Shown one piece after another: positions 17,401 through 22,704 of a stretch of 26,807 nucleotides of DNA (within the stretch, counting starts at the first letter, position 1; every line of letters begins with the position of its first letter). This DNA comes from a virus (Duplodnaviria > Caudoviricetes), in the IMG/VR virus record IMGVR_UViG_3300032305_001842, positions 1 through 26,807 of that record. The stretch is one strand, 5' to 3'. Below the pieces are notes generated by a model. It searched no databases. It saw nothing but the letters and a program-made list of their open reading frames with translations, and was not told the DNA's origin. Made by a program: the position numbers and the translations under genes.

Positions 17401-18089
17401 GGCTGGGTGTTTAGAACATTTAGTAATGTTGCACTTGGATTGCTGATAACTAAACCGTAATATGTTGCAGTATTGTCTGTACCGTAAACTACTTGCCCAA
17501 GGCCGTGAGAGTTATTGCTGTTAAAATCTGTTGTGATTGCAAATGTGCCGCCTGGAGCACTGACAACTGGACTGCTATAAGTCACACTGGTATTACTGCT
17601 TGATACTACAACAAACGTTCCGTTGAATCCTGCTAATGATACACCTGCAATTGTTACCGTACCACCTGTTTTATATAGAGTCAATCCTTGATCAGGGAAA
17701 GATGCTGTGGCAATAGATCCAGTGCCGGTAATGGCGCTCAATGTTAAAGTTTTACTAGTTGGCACCAAAGTTGCGCTGGTATGCGAAGTGGTACAAAGAT
17801 AAACAATGCTGCCGTATTGTACAATATCACCAAGCTGATAAAAAGTGCTAGGTTGCCATGCACCGTTCCACTCGTAACCATCAAACCATAATACCCAGCG
17901 TGGATCTGCATTATTATACACGTCGACTGCGTAAAAATCTGTATAGAAATTAGGCGACGCAGTGTGCGCAACTAGACATACATAGGATTTTCCACCGTTT
18001 CGAACAATGTCGTCTTTGAGGTAAAGGGTACCTGTTGACCAGGTATTTTTCCATGTAAATCTTATTCTGTTTATCTTAAAATCGGCCAT
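8496..18089 (-). CDS. Giant modular virion/fibre protein B (3197 aa): CBM5/12-like repeats, inserted YHYH domain, probable beta-helix core, beta-propeller, nested beta modules
   Basis: Uninterrupted ORF rich in Thr/Gly/Ser/Ala/Val. The second ATG (18089) is preferred: better spacing from GAGGT, and it aligns with MAEFK of the paralog. Confidence 0.93.
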   Translation of the reverse strand: MADFKINRIRFTWKNTWSTGTLYLKDDIVRNGGKSYVCLVAHTASPNFYTDFYAVDVYNNADPRWVLWFDGYEWNGAWQPSTFYQLGDIVQYGSIVYLCTTSHTSATLVPTSKTLTLSAITGTGSIATASFPDQGLTLYKTGGTVTIAGVSLAGFNGTFVVVSSSNTSVTYSSPVVSAPGGTFAITTDFNSNNSHGLGQVVYGTDNTATYYGLVISNPSATLLNVLNTQPIGRTFTATINSRNKSTGVVATLTYTFTKRAAIQSYTITGGTGYLIPTDLIASPENWNTLADFAGSAYTVIAEYISITFVPVTPVTTATIAGLAQSGLEADQSKWASYAVGDNWVKDWAVSTRYRKNDIVRYGATIYRCNNGHTSSTTITLGLESDQSKWDAITYNSEWKTDWNVNTRYKVGDVVRYGGIVYKCVTGHTSPATLVATTSIDQNSSATALELGPNRVPESTSWTFTGGTINLQSSGLPYHSYGNPSATTQPYAQNYNRTWSLRGGTNVAAGSAVSRGNGVVGYWLNGVAIFSPASNNVPTGKASFLPNWHYNISYQSGQTNNYTFGQDLAGGVAESNGQYHYVDFSFQDNWVSGLGHVAGSTTSTGLADASLIPYIDSALQFPDGHSKIVGWALDGYPIYGPFGYGTAMSSGSIVRRMGGGYNINSSRTANGVTPPVNATYPLGMFAEDYTFVGGQDLDSKNGRYCVTPDYPNGTYAYFITLDPAQKPAYPYVIGNTFYGDATTTTNGGGIVISPLLGSTLGLETDQGKWTTVHSGIENRGEWNNFTRYKINDVVTYGANLYICTVYHTSTNVIDTNLFTIYVPGLEYANTWSITESYARGDVVTYGGYQYTSKVTNNVGQTPSTSSASWDLLQTNYNIRGEWSATTTYLVGDTIRRSGYLYVCIQDNIGQETTNTAYWTLVVPSMQWKGPWVTGTTYLPGDVATFYATAYSCLIKHTATSTASPYLNPTASLLSITSVNTTGSTVTFNFTAQSSTPFPVGTSITVANSNPSSYNGTYEVTTASVSQATVASTNVAAYVSSATVRTATHWVKYAQGDNWLTLQNPGDLQVYSNGANTNLAIGANGTTLKVDRSTPLPAVYWGNFGSIPGVYYVSTNGTDAPGYGLTLNAPYATVKYACANVTGPATIFIKTGLYSEQLPISIPAGVALAGDELRGTTIQPYATINQTATASYKIVTGTITSVLTPSQVYISTGGSPADLAVGSQIVVTGTSLAASNLPAGTYYITSIGTVPGNYVTVSATAGGATITNLITNANPLAMSFSAGNNAIAVTTTANMRNGTPIRFNSASIVVSALSTSSAGGVVTITSNVGIQPGQPIVFFGTAFGNLVAGTQYYVREVLSGITITISTTADFLAIMPQIDAIGVMTANIKTFAGLYSDRLYYVIGSTLTPTQFSVSATLGSSTPVTLANTTAQSQIVYGGDVLSDMFYVRNAGGIRNMTLRGLNGGLTQQNLYDTKRPLAGAYVSLDPGAGPSDATVQISSKSPYIQNVTTFGFGCTGLKIDGTLHGAGNRSIVSNDFTQVISDGIGIWCTGSGALTEAVSVFSYYAHIGYLAENGGRIRATNGNTSYGSFGCVAEGFDPTETALTATVNNRNQGAQVASVFIGEATNKILALEYTNAGQGYSTATYAFNGAGQYAVAVGDEYRDGGVFEVRILGTDFAAGGQGYNSISNNAQAGDDTTILIAASDVNTISAYKGMRVLITSGTGVGQYGYVVTYDHVTTKTIAVAKESYTPITATTVVRTTATTTGSYIFESTLVVGTLASGTLAVGQIITGTGVTAGTYITANLGGSGNASSWSVSNVHAPINTTVFVSGGASAQAIVVLQDTTGIAIGQLVVGTGVAGGTTVQAVNLLTKTVTLTANFSTQAAGIYSFYSAPTAINAALNSITTAGQTSIYANQPVQFLPIEQVTTTVSTSHSSANLGSSSIGATGILTVGTVSGAIEVGMCLTGGSIVNGTTFILSNISGAGAGSTWQTSTTTVQASTTITATKDIITLASTAGMWVGQQIVFSGSVIYGGLSGNQTYYITNIFGNNVTVSLSAGGANQTVVSVLSAVMSARTTGIYGGLSLGTTYYVMPANLTSTSFTVTETVNGTVPLTLTAYSGPGIMNVIEMGWDNIVSGTPAAVALDSTTTYSIEPRVQFTLPTTSSVSSGIVAPSGTWSGSAFGAGAYVAVDSGASGGIYRSTTGNSWAAGGGFAAVAYSDVTYGALGFLAVSSASYTAATSTNGLTWTSTSLVNTATSWSGCTYGNGTYFAVAKNTSIVTKSTDLSAWSQVTLPAVASWTDIAYGNSGYQSITANGILVVISSGATYASVLPSNVTTTGSIASTTGTIGAVTGAGTIASPWIATITGVSATTGIVEGSPITATNGTGNLFGGTPTSCTVQSFVANTSITFAVVGGSTPIAGTITNIVVRGSNAVYTVTRNGTTYSLTNTTAGANYTVGDKLTIPGTSLGGTSPANDVSIRVLTVSAGAISTISFVGTATAPMCASSIDMGSSWTASTLPAVGSATWSNISYGNGRFVVVGKNTNKSAFSFDGVTWYTGNLPATGNWNSVAYGAGQFVAVGGTGTLVAKSPNGSDWKLVAVSGETNRTTVCWGNLSSIAGWIIAGDSNISNYIITGTPAIGRAAITSGKIGAVKIWEPGSNYQTSNFVISFAGQISNTTLSVTGINEGSSLPLPLQVGQTIYGSTGLISPTVTQINTVSFTGSTDGYRLYVLSVPSTALTVGLVLVGNNISAGTIITAISSVSFTGTVGGAGLTTLTYNSGTIPTVGMMVTGVGITAGTYIVSGTSPTFTLSQAATSGSKSVTGTLYTINQFQTVPSTEITGTSYTINTSLTVGLTNMQAVSAGSVAVNIIDPSITTPMYSTVRVGLGVLGQPSFGNRGTGYRTSTTTVTIAGNGYADIFQPAKFLSVTGLASAPTPGAALNISGDPVQYRVVVITTLGATKYLFQISPPLTITKAPGHGIGLTIRQKYSQCRITGHDFLLIGTGNAATTNYPNVDVSTSLNYRQITESAGGRVFQTSTDQDGNFLVGNLFGVQQASGIVTISADQFSLQGLQSLTIGGLSVGPNAIVINQFSTDSYFTANSDSIIPTQRAIKTYLARNVAGGGANATAGQVTAGTVGIGGPNRIFSSTLSTINVPRTVNFTQGRAGGTGAAGKTGGINGTMLAAAFFNSSFSGGANTDE
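10668..10708. repeat. 41-bp exact direct repeat, copy 2
   Basis: Identical to 1649-1689. Confidence 0.95.
14940..18050 (-). repeat. Eight CBM5/12-like repeats at the N-terminus of giant B, three of them interrupted by insertions
   Basis: WSTGTLYLKDDIV, WQPSTFYQLGDIV, WAVSTRYRKNDIV, WNVNTRYKVGDVV, WNNFTRYKINDVV, WSITESYARGDVV, WSATTTYLVGDTI, WVTGTTYLPGDVA. Confidence 0.78.
15870..16720 (-). other. YHYH-family domain inside giant B
   Basis: SGLPYH, GVVGYWLNGVAIF, NGQYHYV, HSKIVGWALDGYPIYGPFGY, DLDSKNGRYCVTPDYPNGTYAYFIT and YPYVIG are typical YHYH-protein motifs. Confidence 0.8.
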
Positions 18090-18116
18090 CATCTACCTCA
18101 AATTATGTAATTATTA

Positions 18117-18124
18117 TATTTATA
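18117..18124 (-). promoter_or_regulatory. T4-type late promoter, perfect TATAAATA
   Basis: Plus strand TATTTATA. It overlaps the TAA stop of the 119-aa gene and lies 27 nt upstream of the giant B start. Confidence 0.7.
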
Positions 18125-18479
18125 CGCCTGTTGGGTACGTATAGCTTGTGTTAACTCTTGCTACCAATTGACCGTCTGCGTCAATGTAATAAAAAATATT
18201 CCTGTCGTCCCAGCGATATTGCTCGTAATTTAAATTACTGTATACTAGATCGTGATTGACGTCTCGGCCTTCATAAAAATCTACACCACCTTGGAAATCA
18301 GGCATGTTATCATCACTTGTGCCGCTGTTGTTTATTGTTACGCTGTCAGTTTTACTCAGTTGATTTACCTTGGCAAGATACAACTCGCCGGCATCGGTTC
18401 TACGTAATCCGTAAAAATACTTGGTATTGTTACCTAGCTGGTCTTCTTGAGGATTACCAAATATATAATTAGTTGACAT
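18120..18479 (-). CDS. Hypothetical protein, 119 aa, acidic and Tyr-rich
   Basis: AAGGA RBS; tight packing within the operon. Confidence 0.85.
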   Translation of the reverse strand: MSTNYIFGNPQEDQLGNNTKYFYGLRRTDAGELYLAKVNQLSKTDSVTINNSGTSDDNMPDFQGGVDFYEGRDVNHDLVYSNLNYEQYRWDDRNIFYYIDADGQLVARVNTSYTYPTGV

Positions 18480-18491
18480 GTTATTTTTCCT

Positions 18492-18821
18492 TTAAATAAT
18501 TTCAGCGTAGCTAATGACTGCATCAATGCTGGTAGCGGTATCTGACGTTATTGTTAATATTGTGTTTTCCATCAGAATTAATTTCTCACCATTGGTGATA
18601 ACTTTTAAACTGGTGTACGGGGGTATCTGCATCAAATTGATGTACTTGCCGGTCACTGCGCTTCCATCAGTCACTGATATTGAAACTGACACATCAAAGT
18701 CAGTGGTGTTTGCTAAATTGCAACCAATAATAGTAAATCTACTGGCGGCGCCTGGGACCAAAACATTGACAGGAGTTGTTCCTATGTCTTTTGATACTTT
18801 AGTTCTAAAATAAGTTGCCAT
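18492..18821 (-). CDS. Small beta-rich virion protein, 109 aa; paralog of 24174-24494
   Basis: Shared pattern IIxCN...IP..T/S.....EKL(I/V)L; starts 3 nt after the upstream stop. Confidence 0.88.
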   Translation of the reverse strand: MATYFRTKVSKDIGTTPVNVLVPGAASRFTIIGCNLANTTDFDVSVSISVTDGSAVTGKYINLMQIPPYTSLKVITNGEKLILMENTILTITSDTATSIDAVISYAEII

Positions 18822-18824
18822 ATG

Positions 18825-20609
18825 TTATCCAAAAATTAATCCTGATAAAATACCAATGTCGTATGCTTCGTTGCTTGTAATTCCAGAAGCCGAACCTGCT
18901 ACGCTGGCCCATCCTGTTCCGTTATAAACTTCAACATACTGAAAATCTGTATTAAATCTTACCATTCCTACCTCAGGAGCACCGGGCCTCTGAGTTAGTG
19001 TATTACCTGACGGAATTACAACACCGTTAGTTCCTGCAAGTCTAACGTATCCTGTACCCGTTTCACTGAATTCTGTTACTGCATTTGACTGCGTATTAGT
19101 AATTGTACTATTATATATCCTTAAATTGCCTGCTACAATTCCGCCTGTTCCGGCAGTTGTAAGATTAATATCAGTGTTAGTTACCACTGTACCAATGGTA
19201 TTTCCGCTGATTGAAAGACTACTTGTATTTACTTGAGGACTGTATAGTTTGGTGCTATCTATGGTTGCTGCCAGAGTGCTGTTGGCATAAAAATACAAGG
19301 TATGATCGTTTGCGCCCGGGGTAACTTCAGGTAAAATATAAGTTGTGCCAGCAACATCAGTAACTCCACTAAGCTGAATCCAATAGCTTCCAGTATAGCC
19401 CTCGTAACGAGTTCTATCAGTATTATAGCGAATCATCCCGTTGGCTGGGCTTACCGGGCGTTGAGCATCTGTTCCTACAGGAATCTTAAATGCGTTTGTA
19501 GAATCAATTATAACACCGCCAGTTCCTTGTGGTGTTAGGGTAATATCGCTGTTAGCTGAAACACTAGCGATAACATTTGTTGTTATTTTAATATCTTGAG
19601 CTACTATACTTCCACTGCCTGCGGCTGTTAACACTAGGTCTGTATTGGCGGGAGTTGTAGCAATTGTGTTTCCGGATATTGTAATCTGAGGCAGTTGTAA
19701 TATACCAGTTGCTGTGATATTTCCGGTAACTTGTGTATTTCCAGAAGTTGTAAAGTTACCTGTTAGGTTTAAGTTACCTGTTTGAGTAACTGCTCCAACT
19801 ATGTTTGTGTTACTTAAACTACTTGTTCCGGTAACAGTTAAAGTACCACCTACTGCTAGATTTTGCGCAATATTTACGTTGTTAGAAGGAAGTGAAATTA
19901 TTCCAGAACCGTTGGCCTGCAATACTAAATTACTATTTGTAACTGATGTAGTAATCGTGTTACCGCTAATAACAATGTCTGCCCAGTTGATTGTAGTTGC
20001 TTGTAGTGTTTGAGCCCAGACTGTTTTCCAGCTTTTGCTAGAAGATCCTAAGTCGTAGGTATTGTTGACATCCGGTATAATATTACTAGTGATATCTGCA
20101 TTAAAAGTAATGCTATCTGTAGTTGCATCACCTAATGTTAGATTGCCGTCTGCGGTAATATTTCCGGTAGCATGCAGGTTGCCGTTGACAAGTGTATTGG
20201 AATTTACAACTACTTGCCCAGTTCCATTGGGAGATAAATTAATATCTGAATTGGTAACAGTGCTTGCTATTACATTGCTTGATACTTGTAGATTACTGTC
20301 AATTAGAGCGCGAGCTTGATAAACTACAGCATTACTTCCGCTGGGAGTTAATGTTATTGTTGAGTCTCGGCTTGAGATTGTACTGCCAGATATTGTAAAA
20401 TTAGCAATATCTGATTGTGTTGTTACTTGTAAATTTGTAGTTTTACTAGTACCAACAATGTCAAGGTCGTATCTAGGTGAAGTTGTATTGACACCAACGC
20501 GGCTGTTTACAACATCCAAATAGAGAAGGCTCGTCTCGAAGGCTAAATTTACTCCGTTACGAAGTAAGTTATCCTTTAAGAGCGGCCCTGAAATTCGACC
20601 AACAGCCAT
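18825..20609 (-). CDS. Fibre-like virion protein, 594 aa; paralog of 20756-22687
   Basis: Start moved to ATG 20609 (AGGGAG RBS; MAVGRISGPLL aligns with the paralog's GRISGPLL). About 7 repeats of I-x-x-N-x-I-x5-N-x-D-x2-L-x3-G-x-G and two GM(I/V)R(Y/F)NT..E.Y.G..W motifs. Confidence 0.9.
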   Translation of the reverse strand: MAVGRISGPLLKDNLLRNGVNLAFETSLLYLDVVNSRVGVNTTSPRYDLDIVGTSKTTNLQVTTQSDIANFTISGSTISSRDSTITLTPSGSNAVVYQARALIDSNLQVSSNVIASTVTNSDINLSPNGTGQVVVNSNTLVNGNLHATGNITADGNLTLGDATTDSITFNADITSNIIPDVNNTYDLGSSSKSWKTVWAQTLQATTINWADIVISGNTITTSVTNSNLVLQANGSGIISLPSNNVNIAQNLAVGGTLTVTGTSSLSNTNIVGAVTQTGNLNLTGNFTTSGNTQVTGNITATGILQLPQITISGNTIATTPANTDLVLTAAGSGSIVAQDIKITTNVIASVSANSDITLTPQGTGGVIIDSTNAFKIPVGTDAQRPVSPANGMIRYNTDRTRYEGYTGSYWIQLSGVTDVAGTTYILPEVTPGANDHTLYFYANSTLAATIDSTKLYSPQVNTSSLSISGNTIGTVVTNTDINLTTAGTGGIVAGNLRIYNSTITNTQSNAVTEFSETGTGYVRLAGTNGVVIPSGNTLTQRPGAPEVGMVRFNTDFQYVEVYNGTGWASVAGSASGITSNEAYDIGILSGLIFG

Positions 20610-20736
20610 GTACGCTCCCTTGACCCCGTGTTTCACGGTTAACCACATTTGCACTTGTCGTGCGCATCCTTTCGGCTCTTTGCGGGTTTACCACAGTTTA
20701 ATCATACAAAAAATGGTCGTTCTTTGTAATCAGTAG
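20610..20736 (-). promoter_or_regulatory. Structured ~127-nt 5' leader, candidate cis-regulatory RNA
   Basis: Hairpins UACAAAGAA/UUUUUUGUA, UGUGG-UAAAC-CCGCA, CC-GAAA-GG, GCAC-GACAA-GUGC and CCGUG-AAA-CACGG lie between the late promoter and the RBS. Confidence 0.55.
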
Positions 20737-20744
20737 TATTTATC
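20737..20744 (-). promoter_or_regulatory. Putative late promoter (GATAAATA)
   Basis: 1 mismatch to TATAAATA; 11 nt after the stop of the 643-aa gene. Confidence 0.6.
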
Positions 20745-20755
20745 GGATTTTGAGT

Positions 20756-22687
20756 TTAGCCTATTACAATGGCCATGATATTTAGAATGTCGGTAACTTC
20801 TGCGGCACTGAGCTGTGCGCCTGCTACTCCTGAGATGGGGATCCAGCCATTGTCGCCGGCAGCTGGATTTCCTGAATAAATTTCTACTTTATCAAGCGTA
20901 GTATTAAATCTAGTCATGCCTGTTTCAAAGACTGTGGGCCTGCCGCCCACCCCGGCAGTTGCTCCCACTGGAAGAGTAACTGCGGTTGTTCCGGCAAATC
21001 TAACAAATCCCGTACCTTGATTTACAAAAGTTGTAATAGCATCAGTAGTTGTATTTTTGATGACGCTTGTAGTGCCTGTTGAAACATATGTTTGTATATT
21101 ATTAAAGTTTACTTTGCCAGTTCCGGTAGCAGTCAAATTGACATTGTTAGCACTGACCTTGTTGCTGATAATATTAGATGTAAACGAAACGTTACCTGCA
21201 TCTAGTCGATTGGTAGTTACTCCCACACTGGTCATGGTTGTATTAGCTAGGCCGTTGGTGGTAAATCTTATAGTTTTATCGTTATTACCCGGAGTTAGTT
21301 CAGCAGTAATACCAGTAGTTCTAGATACACTATACACATTGTTAAAACTATCAAATCCATAAGATTGATAGCCTTCGTACAGTCCTGTTGTTCTATTGAG
21401 CCTAACATTACCTACACTAGTCAACACTTGATCTGAGTTGTTTGAGTAGGGTATTTTTACAAAACGTGTTGAATTGACTACTAGAGTTTTAGTAGGACTA
21501 ATAACAACACTCTTGTCTAAATCTGTTGTGGGGCTCGCGGCAGTGTTAGTAATTCTACTATTTTTTATAGATAAACTTTCTAAAACTACACTGCCTGTTC
21601 CTGTCGAGCTAAGAGTTATATCAGCATTTCCAACAGTTGTGTTGCTGATAACATTGTTTTGAATTTTAAAATTTGGAGCCGCAATATACGAGCTTGTCCC
21701 AGTAATAGCAATATTATTGTTAGCAAATGTGCCGTTTATAAAAGACGACCCTGTTTGATTGTATGCGCCAGCCAGTACACTATCAAGAGTATATGCCCCA
21801 CTATCAAAACTCAACAAACTGCCGTCAAGCAACGTGCCGCTGATATTAACAGCGCCAATTATTCCTGTTGCAGCCAGTGTGGTTGTGTTTGTTACTGCTA
21901 CTGTTCCGCCAACTGCTAAGTTTTGCCCCAACACCACACGATTATTAGGTATGTTTATAATACCAGCGCCGTTGGCTGATAGTATCATACTTTGATTAGT
22001 AGTACTAATTGAAATTACATTATTGGTAACTGTAAACTCAGCTATAGATCCCGTGGTCAGCGTTGCTGTATTGGCGTATAATGTTCTCCAAGCTAGATTT
22101 CTGCCACTTGGGCCACTACCTAAATCGTAAGTATTAGTAACGTCAGGAATTATATTACTAACTACATCTGCACCAAATGTAACGTTGTCAGTATTACCGT
22201 TACCTATAGTTACATTGCCATCAAACGTGACATTGCCCGTTGCGTGTAAATTTCCATTTATTAAAACTGATTTGTTTGAAATCAGTCGGCCAGTGCCGTT
22301 GGGTGAAAAGTTAATGTCACCGTTGGTTGTGGTGTTGCTGATTGTGTTGGTGCTAAGAACAAGTTGCCCAGCTTGTAACTTTGGAACAACCACTGTTGGT
22401 GTGTTAAATTGACTGGGTATTAGATTGATCGCATCACTAACATTTTGAATTGTGCTAGCATTGATTGTAAAATATCCCAAGTCTGCTTGAGTATTAACAA
22501 TTTGATTTGTGGTATTTGTTAGACCGTTGACTAAAAATTCGCGAGTGGGGATATCAGTGTTGATACCGATATACTTGTTTGTTACATCAAGGTACAGCAG
22601 TTGAGTGTCAACTGCAAGATTGGAGCCGTTACGTTTGAGATTGTCTGCTAGTAACGGGCCGCTTATTCTACCTAGTTCTCGCCCCAT
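20756..22687 (-). CDS. Fibre-like virion protein, 643 aa
   Basis: AGGAG RBS. Collinear with the 594-aa protein (GRISGPLLxDNL, LLYLDV, DINxSPNGTG, NGNLHATGN, SNIIPDV.NTYDLGS, GMxRFNT). Confidence 0.9.
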   Translation of the reverse strand: MGRELGRISGPLLADNLKRNGSNLAVDTQLLYLDVTNKYIGINTDIPTREFLVNGLTNTTNQIVNTQADLGYFTINASTIQNVSDAINLIPSQFNTPTVVVPKLQAGQLVLSTNTISNTTTNGDINFSPNGTGRLISNKSVLINGNLHATGNVTFDGNVTIGNGNTDNVTFGADVVSNIIPDVTNTYDLGSGPSGRNLAWRTLYANTATLTTGSIAEFTVTNNVISISTTNQSMILSANGAGIINIPNNRVVLGQNLAVGGTVAVTNTTTLAATGIIGAVNISGTLLDGSLLSFDSGAYTLDSVLAGAYNQTGSSFINGTFANNNIAITGTSSYIAAPNFKIQNNVISNTTVGNADITLSSTGTGSVVLESLSIKNSRITNTAASPTTDLDKSVVISPTKTLVVNSTRFVKIPYSNNSDQVLTSVGNVRLNRTTGLYEGYQSYGFDSFNNVYSVSRTTGITAELTPGNNDKTIRFTTNGLANTTMTSVGVTTNRLDAGNVSFTSNIISNKVSANNVNLTATGTGKVNFNNIQTYVSTGTTSVIKNTTTDAITTFVNQGTGFVRFAGTTAVTLPVGATAGVGGRPTVFETGMTRFNTTLDKVEIYSGNPAAGDNGWIPISGVAGAQLSAAEVTDILNIMAIVIG

Positions 22688-22704
22688 TGTGCGCTCCTAG
22701 CTAA

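Noticed and set aside
109-17971. Short minus-strand ORFs in other frames (109-300, 814-1059, 11408-11641, 11935-12129, 12460-12657, 16388-16774, 17744-17971)
   Set aside because: They are out-of-frame ORFs inside the giant genes with no recognisable motifs.
20610-20654. 15-aa N-terminal extension of the 609-aa ORF call
   Set aside because: ATG 20609 has an AGGGAG RBS and matches the paralog's start; the extension runs through leader hairpins.
20620-20700. Leader as a c-di-GMP-I riboswitch or hammerhead ribozyme
   Set aside because: GGUAAACC and CCGAAAGG resemble parts of these RNAs, but the GACGCAAAGC junction and the CUGANGA...GAAA core are missing.
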